64,000 nucleotides of DNA. Source: Rhodospirillaceae bacterium (GTDB taxonomy: Bacteria; Pseudomonadota; Alphaproteobacteria; SHVP01). How positions within the stretch are numbered: position 1 is the stretch's first letter; each line of letters opens with the position of its first letter. Under the pieces are notes generated by a model. That model saw only the letters and a list, made by a program, of their open reading frames with translations. It did no database searches and was not told the DNA's origin. Below are positions 30,233 to 38,587 of this stretch, piece after piece. Position numbers and translations under genes: made by a program. The stretch spans positions 16,533 to 80,532 of the forward strand of contig PBKD01000014.1 in assembly GCA_002722055.1 (NCBI GenBank), read 5' to 3'.

Positions 30233-31438
30233 TTGGGAATAAAATTGAAAAATTACTTAATAGTAACATCATCTTATTGGGGCTTTACTCTTACTGATGG
30301 CGCCTTAAGAATGCTAGTGTTATTGCATTTTTTCAAACTTGGATTTTCACCTTTTACACTTGCATTTTTGTTCTTACTGTATGAAGCAGCAGGAATTTTT
30401 GCTAATCTTTTTGGCGGTTGGCTTGCAACATACTTTGGCATAACTAAAATGTTATTTGCTGGAATAGCTGTACAAATAATAGGTTTAGTCGCCCTTTCTT
30501 TGTTAAATAATAGTTGGTCAATGGAGTTCTCAATTCTCTGGGTTTTCCTATCACAAGGCATTTCTGGAATAGCTAAGGATTTTACCAAAACAGCATCAAA
30601 GTCAGCTATTAAAGTTACCACGAACGAATCACAACACCATCTTTATAAGTTGGTTGCTTGGTTTACGGGCTCAAAAAATTCAATGAAAGGAATTGGGTTT
30701 TTTTTAGGAGGATTATTATTAGAAACATTTGGCTTCAAACATGGGCTTTGGTTAATGGCTTTTTGTTTGTTTTTAATTTTAATTATATCTATTTACTTTT
30801 TACCAAAAAATTTAGGTAAATCTATGCCTTCAAAAAGCATTAAGGAACTTTTTAGTAAGTCAAAAAATATAAATATCTTATCCTTGGCAAGAATTTTTTT
30901 ATTTGGCGCACGAGATATTTGGTTTGTAGTTGGTCTTCCAGTTTTTCTTTATTCAAATAAATGGGAATTCTGGCAAGTAGGAAGTTTTCTGGCTATTTGG
31001 ACAATTGTATATGGTGGTATGCAATCAATGGCCCCTAAAATTTCTGGAACAAGCCATGATGGAAAATCTCGTGAACTTCTTTCTGCTAAATTTTTTATAA
31101 TATTTTTAACTTTAATTCCAATAATTATATTAATTTATAATTTTGCTTCTAAACCAAAAGATATTGAATTAGTCATAATTATTATTTTAGGATTAAGTGT
31201 TTTTAGTATTCCATTTGCTATAAACTCTTCATTACATTCTTACCTTGTACTAGCATATTCGAAAAACAAAATTGCTGAAGATGTTGGCTTCTATTATGCT
31301 GCAAATGCATCTGGAAGGCTGCTAGGAACATTACTATCTGGGATTCTATATCAATTTGGAGGAATAAATTTCTGCTTAATAGGTTGTTCAGTGTTTTTGA
31401 TTATTTGTTCATTACTTACATTTAGCTTATCAAAATGA
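30233..31438 (+). CDS. MFS-type transporter lying 10 bp downstream of gap (candidate ArsJ-like organoarsenical/phosphoglycerate-analogue efflux permease)
   Basis: It has ~12 TM helices in 401 aa. The start is TTG. Its pairing with gap resembles the known gapdh-arsJ module. Confidence 0.6.
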   Translation: MGIKLKNYLIVTSSYWGFTLTDGALRMLVLLHFFKLGFSPFTLAFLFLLYEAAGIFANLFGGWLATYFGITKMLFAGIAVQIIGLVALSLLNNSWSMEFSILWVFLSQGISGIAKDFTKTASKSAIKVTTNESQHHLYKLVAWFTGSKNSMKGIGFFLGGLLLETFGFKHGLWLMAFCLFLILIISIYFLPKNLGKSMPSKSIKELFSKSKNINILSLARIFLFGARDIWFVVGLPVFLYSNKWEFWQVGSFLAIWTIVYGGMQSMAPKISGTSHDGKSRELLSAKFFIIFLTLIPIIILIYNFASKPKDIELVIIIILGLSVFSIPFAINSSLHSYLVLAYSKNKIAEDVGFYYAANASGRLLGTLLSGILYQFGGINFCLIGCSVFLIICSLLTFSLSK

Positions 31439-31447
31439 GTCCGATAC

Positions 31448-31852
31448 TTAGGGCAAACTATTTTCTCCGCTCATCCAAATACTAATTTTTTTAATTTTTA
31501 AACTACTAAATACAAAAAAATTTATGTTATCCATTTCTCTGTAATGGCCTTCTGCTGAGGTCCTTTTGATATCAAACCTTGAGGTTACCCATCCTTTTTC
31601 CGTATCTACAAGATGTTTAAAATTTCCATGCCAAGCTTTTTCGGTGCTAACTTTTCTTCTCTCTAACATAGTTTTAATTTCTTTATCTCTACCTTTATGG
31701 ATTAAAGATGATGTGACTACTTGAATTTCACAATCTTCAGTTAAACATGAGAGAACTCCTGGAATATCAAAACTGTCAATTTTTTCGAAATAAAATTCTA
31801 CAAGCTCAATCATTGGTTTTTTTTCATACATGCCCCTTCTCCAGAACAACAA
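31448..31852 (-). CDS. SnoaL/NTF2-like fold protein
   Basis: It has ~125 aa with alternating hydrophobic beta-strand periodicity typical of SnoaL-like domains. The true start is probably an internal Met (MYEKK or MIELVEF). Confidence 0.45.
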   Translation of the reverse strand: MLFWRRGMYEKKPMIELVEFYFEKIDSFDIPGVLSCLTEDCEIQVVTSSLIHKGRDKEIKTMLERRKVSTEKAWHGNFKHLVDTEKGWVTSRFDIKRTSAEGHYREMDNINFFVFSSLKIKKISIWMSGENSLP

Positions 31853-31960
31853 GAATTTTAATTTATTAAATACTGTCCAAAAATAAATTATTCTAAATTA
31901 TAACTAAATATATTAATTTATTTTTCACAAATTTCTCTTCCTATGATATAGTAGAAATTA

Positions 31961-33004
31961 ATGGAAAAAAATAATAACATTCTTAATTTTTCGCTAAGTG
32001 CTGGAATCTTTGCCCTTAGTATCACTTTATTAATAATTGGAAGAGATATTCTAATACCTATAGCAATAGCTATTGTTGTATGGTACTTAATCAATGCACT
32101 CTCTAAAATATTTAATAAGATAAACTCTTTAGGAATAAAGCTTCCTAATTGGGTTAGTATTATTATTTCAATGGCCTGCATAATTATTTTTTTAATTGCT
32201 ATTGGTAATTTAATTAGCAGAAACATCTCAGAAGTAATTGAAATAGCTCCGACATATCAAGAAAACTTTAATAATCTTTTGCAAAAAATTTTTTCAGCTT
32301 TAGGAATTGAGAAAATTCCAAGTCTTGGACAAATAGTTGATCAAATAGATTTCAAAAGTCTTTTATCAAAGTTTGCATCAGGAGCAGCAGGTATTGCTGC
32401 CAATGCAGGAATAATAATTATATATGTACTATTCTTATTAGCAGAACAAGCAACTTTTCCAAAGAAACTTAATGCTCTTTTTCCAGACACAAATAAACTT
32501 AATGATGTTCGTAACCTTTTGAATAAAATTCAGAATCAAATTCAGAGTTACATTTGGATCAAAACATTAATGAGTCTATTAACTGGGACTATATGTTACA
32601 TAATTTTGATTATTGTTGGTTTGGACTTGGCTTTGTTCTGGGCTTTTGTAATTTTTTTACTAAATTATATTCCAACTATCGGATCTCTTTTAGGTATTGT
32701 TCTACCGTCACTTTTAGCTTTAGTTCAATTTAGCTCCCCATTACCATTTGTTGCTGTTGTTATTACCTTATCCATAACACAGTTCTGTATTGGAAGCCTA
32801 ATGGAGCCAAAATTAATGGGAAGAACACTTAACCTTAGTCCATTAGTAGTAATTATCACATTAGTAGTTTGGAGTAGCTTATGGGGAATAGCTGGAGCAA
32901 TACTCTGTGTCCCTATAACAGTTATTGCGATGATAGTGTTTTCTCATTTTGAGAAAACAAAGTCTATTGCAATTATTTTATCCGGTAACGGTAAAATAAA
33001 TTAA
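31961..33004 (+). CDS. AI-2E family transporter (PerM/UPF0118)
   Basis: It is 347 aa with 8 TM helices and the conserved C-terminal region (L.P..L.L..FIP.IGS..G.....L) of PF01594. Confidence 0.8.
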   Translation: MEKNNNILNFSLSAGIFALSITLLIIGRDILIPIAIAIVVWYLINALSKIFNKINSLGIKLPNWVSIIISMACIIIFLIAIGNLISRNISEVIEIAPTYQENFNNLLQKIFSALGIEKIPSLGQIVDQIDFKSLLSKFASGAAGIAANAGIIIIYVLFLLAEQATFPKKLNALFPDTNKLNDVRNLLNKIQNQIQSYIWIKTLMSLLTGTICYIILIIVGLDLALFWAFVIFLLNYIPTIGSLLGIVLPSLLALVQFSSPLPFVAVVITLSITQFCIGSLMEPKLMGRTLNLSPLVVIITLVVWSSLWGIAGAILCVPITVIAMIVFSHFEKTKSIAIILSGNGKIN

Positions 33005-33097
33005 TTTTTTAAATCAATTATTTTTTAGGAGATATTCAATGCATTATGTTGATATTTTCGGTCATTTTCATTTCTTTTAGCCGCGTTTTCTTTTTTA

Positions 33098-33676
33098 ATG
33101 AGGGACATAATCTGGCTTAGAATAATTAGTATTATCTCTGGATTAATTGGCATTATATTTAACTTTTTAATACCTGCTGGACCCTTATGGATCCCAATCA
33201 TGTGGATTACAATTTTTATTTGTATAAACATATACATGATAACTACTTTCTATTATTCTAATAGAAATTCTGGTTTTTCTGAGAGTGACTTTAATATGTG
33301 GAAAAACAATTTTTGGGGCTTTACCGCTGAAGAGTTCAGAAAAATTAGGAAGATAATTATTATAAAAAATTTTAATAATGAAAAAATTATTTCTAAAGGA
33401 CAAGAAACAAAATATATCTATTTTATCATAACCGGCAAACTACAAGTCAAAGTTAAGAATGATATAGTTAAAGAATTAATTACAGGTGATATTGCAGGTG
33501 AAATGTCATTTTTAAATGAATCAAAAGCTAATGCTGATGTCTTTTCTGAAAAAAATACAACATGTGTTGTAATTGAAAAAGCTAAATTACGTAAAATTAT
33601 GATTAAAAACCCTACTTTTCATATGTCAGTAACAAAACTTTTCAATAAAAACTTAATGAAAAAAATTACACAGTAA
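33098..33676 (+). CDS. Membrane-anchored cyclic-nucleotide-binding-domain protein with no output domain
   Basis: There are two N-terminal TM helices followed by a CAP-type cNMP-binding beta-roll. The phosphate-binding-cassette-like GDIAGEMSFL is present. The protein is 192 aa in total. Confidence 0.65.
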   Translation: MRDIIWLRIISIISGLIGIIFNFLIPAGPLWIPIMWITIFICINIYMITTFYYSNRNSGFSESDFNMWKNNFWGFTAEEFRKIRKIIIIKNFNNEKIISKGQETKYIYFIITGKLQVKVKNDIVKELITGDIAGEMSFLNESKANADVFSEKNTTCVVIEKAKLRKIMIKNPTFHMSVTKLFNKNLMKKITQ

Positions 33677-33694
33677 TGGTAAACTGAACTTAAT

Positions 33695-34585
33695 ATGAAA
33701 AAAATTAACTTCTCAGGAGCTTTTGGTGGAAGTATCTTTATGATACTATTTACTATTTTTGCACCAAACATTGACGCTTTAGCTAAACTCCTTTCAAAAG
33801 AAATACCAGCCTTAGAAGTTGCTCTATTCCGCTTTATGATTCAAACATTATTGCTTACTCCCTTTGTAATATATAAATTTGGTTTTATAGATCTTTGGCC
33901 CAAGCAATCATTACTTCATTTCATCAGAGGTGCTTTAATTGGTTTATGTTCACTAACTTTTTTTGCAGCACTAAAAGTTATGCCAATAGCAGATGCAGTA
34001 GCTATTTTTTTTGTTGAACCCTTAATACTTACACTTATTTCAGCAATTTTTTTAAATGAAAAGATAGGATGGAGAAGAACTACAGCAGTTTGTGTTGGTT
34101 TTATTGGAGCTTTAATTGTAATCCAACCAAGTTTTGACTTATTAGGCTATAGCTCGTTACTACCTTTAGCAGCAGCTTTTTTATTTGCTTCTTACTTAGC
34201 TCTAACAAAAATTGTCTCTAAGGATAATGATCCTATTGCAATACAATTTTATGCAGGATTTTCTGCTATAATTATCCTTGGTATAGCAAATATAATTGGA
34301 TACGCTTCTAGTCTTCCAGCGCTTCAACCAGTATTGCCATCTTTAAATGCTTACATACTACTTTTTCTTTTAGGAGTAGTTGCTACAATTGCTCATCTCT
34401 TTTTGGTTTTAGCTTTTAAGAGAGCGCCGGCATCCTTACTGGCACCTCTTCAATACTTTGAAATCCTGGGTGCAACTTTGTTAGGGTTGGTTATCTTTAG
34501 TGAATTTCCAAGTATAGAGACATGGATAGGAATTATAATTATTGTTTGTAGTGGATTATATGTAATATGGAGACAATCGAAATAA
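33695..34585 (+). CDS. EamA/DMT-family transporter
   Basis: It has 10 TM helices as two EamA repeats, in 296 aa. Confidence 0.8.
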   Translation: MKKINFSGAFGGSIFMILFTIFAPNIDALAKLLSKEIPALEVALFRFMIQTLLLTPFVIYKFGFIDLWPKQSLLHFIRGALIGLCSLTFFAALKVMPIADAVAIFFVEPLILTLISAIFLNEKIGWRRTTAVCVGFIGALIVIQPSFDLLGYSSLLPLAAAFLFASYLALTKIVSKDNDPIAIQFYAGFSAIIILGIANIIGYASSLPALQPVLPSLNAYILLFLLGVVATIAHLFLVLAFKRAPASLLAPLQYFEILGATLLGLVIFSEFPSIETWIGIIIIVCSGLYVIWRQSK

Positions 34586-34596
34586 AGATGAAATTA

Positions 34597-35127
34597 TTAT
34601 TGTAATTTAACTGAATCTATTTTTTTACAACCAGGATAAGAGAATACAGTAGGCAATGTTTTTACTTCTAATGCTTGTTCCTCCTGAGGTGTTTTCTTTC
34701 TTACAAAATCTTCAAAAACCTTTCTATTAACTAGATCCAAATTAAATTTCCAATATTGAAAATTACTGAATTTTTCATCAATTTCTATTGACTCATTTTC
34801 AATATCTACCAAGCTCCATGATACTTCTTGTTCACTAAAATTTCCGTTAAACCAAGATGACCATCTTCCAGCCCGCTTGAATCTAACTTTTTTTTCAACA
34901 GGGGAGAGTTGAATAGTAATTCCCTCCATTTTTTTCTTATCTTTATCGTTTAAACTAAACCTTTTCCCCTCAATAATTACTGATTCAGGTTTTTCACAAA
35001 CGACGACTACTGAGTAATACTCTTGATCTTGGTCTTGGTCTTTTTCTGTTTTTGAACCCTCTGTTTGAGCACTCAAATTCAGGATTACACTAAAGAAAAT
35101 CAAATTAAATATGATTAAAAATTTCAA
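34597..35127 (-). CDS. Secreted hypothetical protein with a DQDQDQE acidic repeat
   Basis: It has an N-terminal Sec signal peptide (MKFLIIFNLIFFSVILNLSAQ) and no recognisable domain. Confidence 0.5.
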   Translation of the reverse strand: MKFLIIFNLIFFSVILNLSAQTEGSKTEKDQDQDQEYYSVVVVCEKPESVIIEGKRFSLNDKDKKKMEGITIQLSPVEKKVRFKRAGRWSSWFNGNFSEQEVSWSLVDIENESIEIDEKFSNFQYWKFNLDLVNRKVFEDFVRKKTPQEEQALEVKTLPTVFSYPGCKKIDSVKLQ

Positions 35128-35150
35128 TTAAATTACTCCAAATATAGAAT

Positions 35151-35444
35151 TTAGATTTTTATTGCGATAACAAGCAAAAGTACAATAATCACACCAGATG
35201 CCATTGAAAATAAACCAAGTTTTCTTCCTATTTCTGATACTGCACGTTTGACCTCTTCAATATTACTTTTATTTTTCTGTTCCCATTGAACTAAGTCTTC
35301 AGTTGCAGATGTTAGTTTATGCAGGAGACTTCTAATGTCAGATATCTCTAGATCTTTTCTATTTTTTAAGAGTATTCGCTTTATTTCCTCTGCATCATTT
35401 TTAATACTATCAAGTGAATTCGAGGGTTCTTTGATTTCATTCAT
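35151..35444 (-). CDS. DUF883 (ElaB/YqjD-like) C-tail-anchored stress protein
   Basis: It is ~97 aa with a coiled N-terminal region and a single C-terminal TM helix (GVIIVLLLVIAIKI). Confidence 0.55.
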   Translation of the reverse strand: MNEIKEPSNSLDSIKNDAEEIKRILLKNRKDLEISDIRSLLHKLTSATEDLVQWEQKNKSNIEEVKRAVSEIGRKLGLFSMASGVIIVLLLVIAIKI

Positions 35445-35514
35445 ATGATCCTCATTAATTCAATATTATATCAAAAAACTTTAGATTTGGTTAAATTATA
35501 CATACAAAGAATTT

Positions 35515-36687
35515 TTACCGTACTAAACATTTGAAATTATTATATTTTTTGTTGATCATACTTGAGTTTAATTCAGAAATTTTGGTTACACCCATAAGCC
35601 TCATATCCCTTTCTATTTCCTGCCTTATATTAAATAGGGCTTTTTCTACACCCCTTTGGCCAGCTGCGCCTAGGGCATAAAGATAGAGCCTGCCACCAGA
35701 ACATGCGGTTGCACCTAATGTTAATGCTTTTAAAACATGACTTCCTCTTCGGATGCCACCATCTAAAATTATCTCAATTTTGCCACCAACAGAATCAACA
35801 ATACTACTTAATTGTTCAATTGGAGATATAGAGCCATCCAGTTGTCTTCCCCCATGATTTGATATCATGATTGCTGTTGCACCAATATCTACAGCTTTCT
35901 TAGCATCATCGACACTCATTATCCCTTTAAGACAAAATGGACCATTCCATTCACTACGTAGATTTTCAGCATCCTTCCATGACATACTTTGATCAATCAT
36001 TTCAGTAAAATACTGCCCTACATTAACTTCAATACTTGAACCATGCTTATGAAATTTAGACAAATGAGGTAAATCAAATTTTCTAAAAATAAAATTAGAT
36101 GTCCAGCCTATGTGGAATAAAAAACTTATAAAACTTCCTAAAGTCAACCTTGGTGGAATTGTAAAACCAGACTTGAGATCTCTTTCTCTATTTCCTCCAA
36201 CAGCAGTGTCTACAGTTAAAGCGAGAGCATCAAAATTTGCTGCTTTTGCCCTTTCAAGCATCTCTTTATTTAATGCTTTATCTTTATGGTAATAAAATTG
36301 AAATAGTTTTGGTGATTTAATAATTTTTGATATATCTTCAACACTTGTTGTTGATAGAGAAGAGACTCCAAACATAGTCCTCTCTTTTTCTGCGGCTTTA
36401 CCAACTGCCATCTCACCTGAATGATGAAAAAGCTTTTGAAGAGCTGTAGGCGAACAAAAAAAGGGAAAATCAATAGTTGCCCCTAAGACACTGACTTTAG
36501 TATCTAATTTTGAGACGTCTCGAAGAACATTAGGAATGAGATCAAAGTTATTAAAGGCCTCGGTGTTATTTCTTAGAGTTTCTTCGTCATCTGATCCACC
36601 ATCAATATAATCAAAAATAGGTTTCGGTAGCCTCTTTTTTGCCAACCTACGAATATCATCGATATTGTTACACTTTGATATATCCAT
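35515..36687 (-). CDS. FMN-dependent alpha-hydroxy-acid dehydrogenase/oxidase (LldD/glycolate-oxidase family)
   Basis: It has the TIM-barrel FMN motifs (SNHGGRQLDG, LDGGIRRG) and is 390 aa. Confidence 0.85.
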   Translation of the reverse strand: MDISKCNNIDDIRRLAKKRLPKPIFDYIDGGSDDEETLRNNTEAFNNFDLIPNVLRDVSKLDTKVSVLGATIDFPFFCSPTALQKLFHHSGEMAVGKAAEKERTMFGVSSLSTTSVEDISKIIKSPKLFQFYYHKDKALNKEMLERAKAANFDALALTVDTAVGGNRERDLKSGFTIPPRLTLGSFISFLFHIGWTSNFIFRKFDLPHLSKFHKHGSSIEVNVGQYFTEMIDQSMSWKDAENLRSEWNGPFCLKGIMSVDDAKKAVDIGATAIMISNHGGRQLDGSISPIEQLSSIVDSVGGKIEIILDGGIRRGSHVLKALTLGATACSGGRLYLYALGAAGQRGVEKALFNIRQEIERDMRLMGVTKISELNSSMINKKYNNFKCLVR

Positions 36688-36706
36688 AAATCAACAGTAA
36701 GGTAAC

Positions 36707-37123
36707 TTAAAGATTTTTACTACCAGAAATTTTTTTAATATGGTCAACCATAGCCATCATACCTACCTGCCTTCTGACTGTTAGTCCGGGGCCTAGTCCT
36801 AACTTGGAAACAATATTATGGTCAATATCTCTAATGTCTAAAGCATTATAACCACTAAATGCCTCAACTATTATTGAGACTAAACCCTTTACAATTAATG
36901 CATCACTATCACCTTTAAAATAAAACTTATCGTTAATTATTTCACACTTGATCCACACTTGAGCCAGACAACCATACATCTTGTTGTTATCAACTTTGTC
37001 AAGATCATTAAATGATGGACTTCTTTTACCATGGTCTATTAAATATTGGAATTGCCCGGTTTCTCCCTCTAAATCAAAGCAAGAAACTAAGTCAGTAGCA
37101 TATTTGTCGAGAACATCAATCAT
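36707..37123 (-). CDS. sufE: SufE-like sulfur acceptor protein
   Basis: It has the conserved Cys motif (YGCLAQVW vs canonical GCQSQVW) and is ~138 aa. Confidence 0.8.
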   Translation of the reverse strand: MIDVLDKYATDLVSCFDLEGETGQFQYLIDHGKRSPSFNDLDKVDNNKMYGCLAQVWIKCEIINDKFYFKGDSDALIVKGLVSIIVEAFSGYNALDIRDIDHNIVSKLGLGPGLTVRRQVGMMAMVDHIKKISGSKNL

Positions 37124-37206
37124 AAAACTATTTACTTTATAAAAATTTAAACTAATTTATAAATAGTAATATAATTAAAAAAATCAATCAGAATTTATAC
37201 AAGAAA

Positions 37207-37794
37207 ATGAATTACTTTAAACAAAATCATTTTATTTCAAAATTAATCTTAGGTGGATTGACTGTATTGTTAGTTTTATTCTTAAATATTGGAAACTTGT
37301 TCTCTAGTCCATTTTTGTATAAATTTAAAGATTTCAAATATCCATTCTCAAATTATTTAATTTCTAAAAAAAAAGAAAATAATACTAAATTTTTTATTAA
37401 ATCCAAGCATATAGAAATTACTAATGCATATGTAAAAATTCCAATAGGCAATCTTTCTACCACAGCCGCCTACATGACAATAACTTCTGAAATTAATGAT
37501 AAAATAATAAAACTTTCATCACCAATAGCAAAAAAAGTTGAAATCCATAAGACATCAGTTGATAAAAATGGTATTATTAAAATGAGAAAATTAAAATATA
37601 TCCCCATCTCTAAGTCAAAGCCATTAATTCTTAAACCAGAAGGGCTTCATTTTATGATAATGGGGTTAAAGAAAACTTTAGTTGAAAGTGAGACTTTCCC
37701 TTTATCAATTTATCTAAATAGTGGACTGATTATTAACTTAGAACTAAATACTTTATTATACAATTCTAATAAAGAAATGAAACATCAGCACTAA
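37207..37794 (+). CDS. Periplasmic copper chaperone PCuAC (DUF461)
   Basis: It has a signal anchor plus the H-x11-M-x22-H-x-M copper motif (H...M...GLHFM). Confidence 0.8.
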   Translation: MNYFKQNHFISKLILGGLTVLLVLFLNIGNLFSSPFLYKFKDFKYPFSNYLISKKKENNTKFFIKSKHIEITNAYVKIPIGNLSTTAAYMTITSEINDKIIKLSSPIAKKVEIHKTSVDKNGIIKMRKLKYIPISKSKPLILKPEGLHFMIMGLKKTLVESETFPLSIYLNSGLIINLELNTLLYNSNKEMKHQH

Positions 37795-37795
37795 A

Positions 37796-38407
37796 ATGAA
37801 TAGAAAAAAGAACTTAATTTATATATCTATATTTGTACTAATCATAATTTCCATTCTTTCCATTATTTTAATTAATGAGTCTTTTCAAAATTCCACTTAC
37901 CACAAGAAGTCTTTAATAAAAAGTAATTTTAATTTAATTGATCAAAATAGCAAAATAGTTACTAACGAAGATTTTTATGGAAAATTTACATTAATTTTTT
38001 TTGGGTTTACTTTTTGTCCAGATGTATGCCCAAATACATTAAATAAAATTTCTATAGCTTACGATCTTCTTCAAGAAGATATTAAAAAAAGTCTTAAAGT
38101 GATTTTTATTACCGTCGATCCAGAAAGGGATAATTTTAGAATTATGAATAAATATGTCTCAGCTTTTAATAAGGAATTTATTGGTTTAACAGGGTCTGAG
38201 AAAAGAATTAAGCAGGCAGCAGACTCTATGGGTGTCTACTTTAAAAAAAATGTAATAAATGATACGACTAATGAATACCTTATAGACCATTCCTCAATAA
38301 AGTTTTTAATGGATAAGAAAGGAAGTTATCTAGCACATTTTAGTCGTGATTTATCTGCAGAAGAGCTTTCCAAAAGAATATCTGAGAAAATTAAGAATTA
38401 TGAATAA
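37796..38407 (+). CDS. sco1: SCO1/SenC copper chaperone
   Basis: It has the thioredoxin-fold CPDVCP motif, a downstream His and an N-terminal membrane anchor. It begins 2 nt after PCuAC. Confidence 0.88.
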   Translation: MNRKKNLIYISIFVLIIISILSIILINESFQNSTYHKKSLIKSNFNLIDQNSKIVTNEDFYGKFTLIFFGFTFCPDVCPNTLNKISIAYDLLQEDIKKSLKVIFITVDPERDNFRIMNKYVSAFNKEFIGLTGSEKRIKQAADSMGVYFKKNVINDTTNEYLIDHSSIKFLMDKKGSYLAHFSRDLSAEELSKRISEKIKNYE

Positions 38408-38436
38408 CACCATAAACCCGGCCGGATTTAATTATA

Positions 38437-38464
38437 AATGAAGAAAAAAACTTCATTTTTTATT
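38437..38464 (+). terminator. Intrinsic terminator after sco1 (stem aaatgaag/cttcattt, A7 loop, T-tract)
   Basis: The hairpin followed by tttttatt is seen directly in the sequence. Confidence 0.6.
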
Positions 38465-38587
38465 AAATTTTATAAAAATTGTAAAAAAAACTGATATTTT
38501 CTCGTATTGAATAAACAAAAAATAGATACAAATAGTAAAACCATTTATAATATTTACATATTTTTTTAAATTTGGGAGGTAAATATA

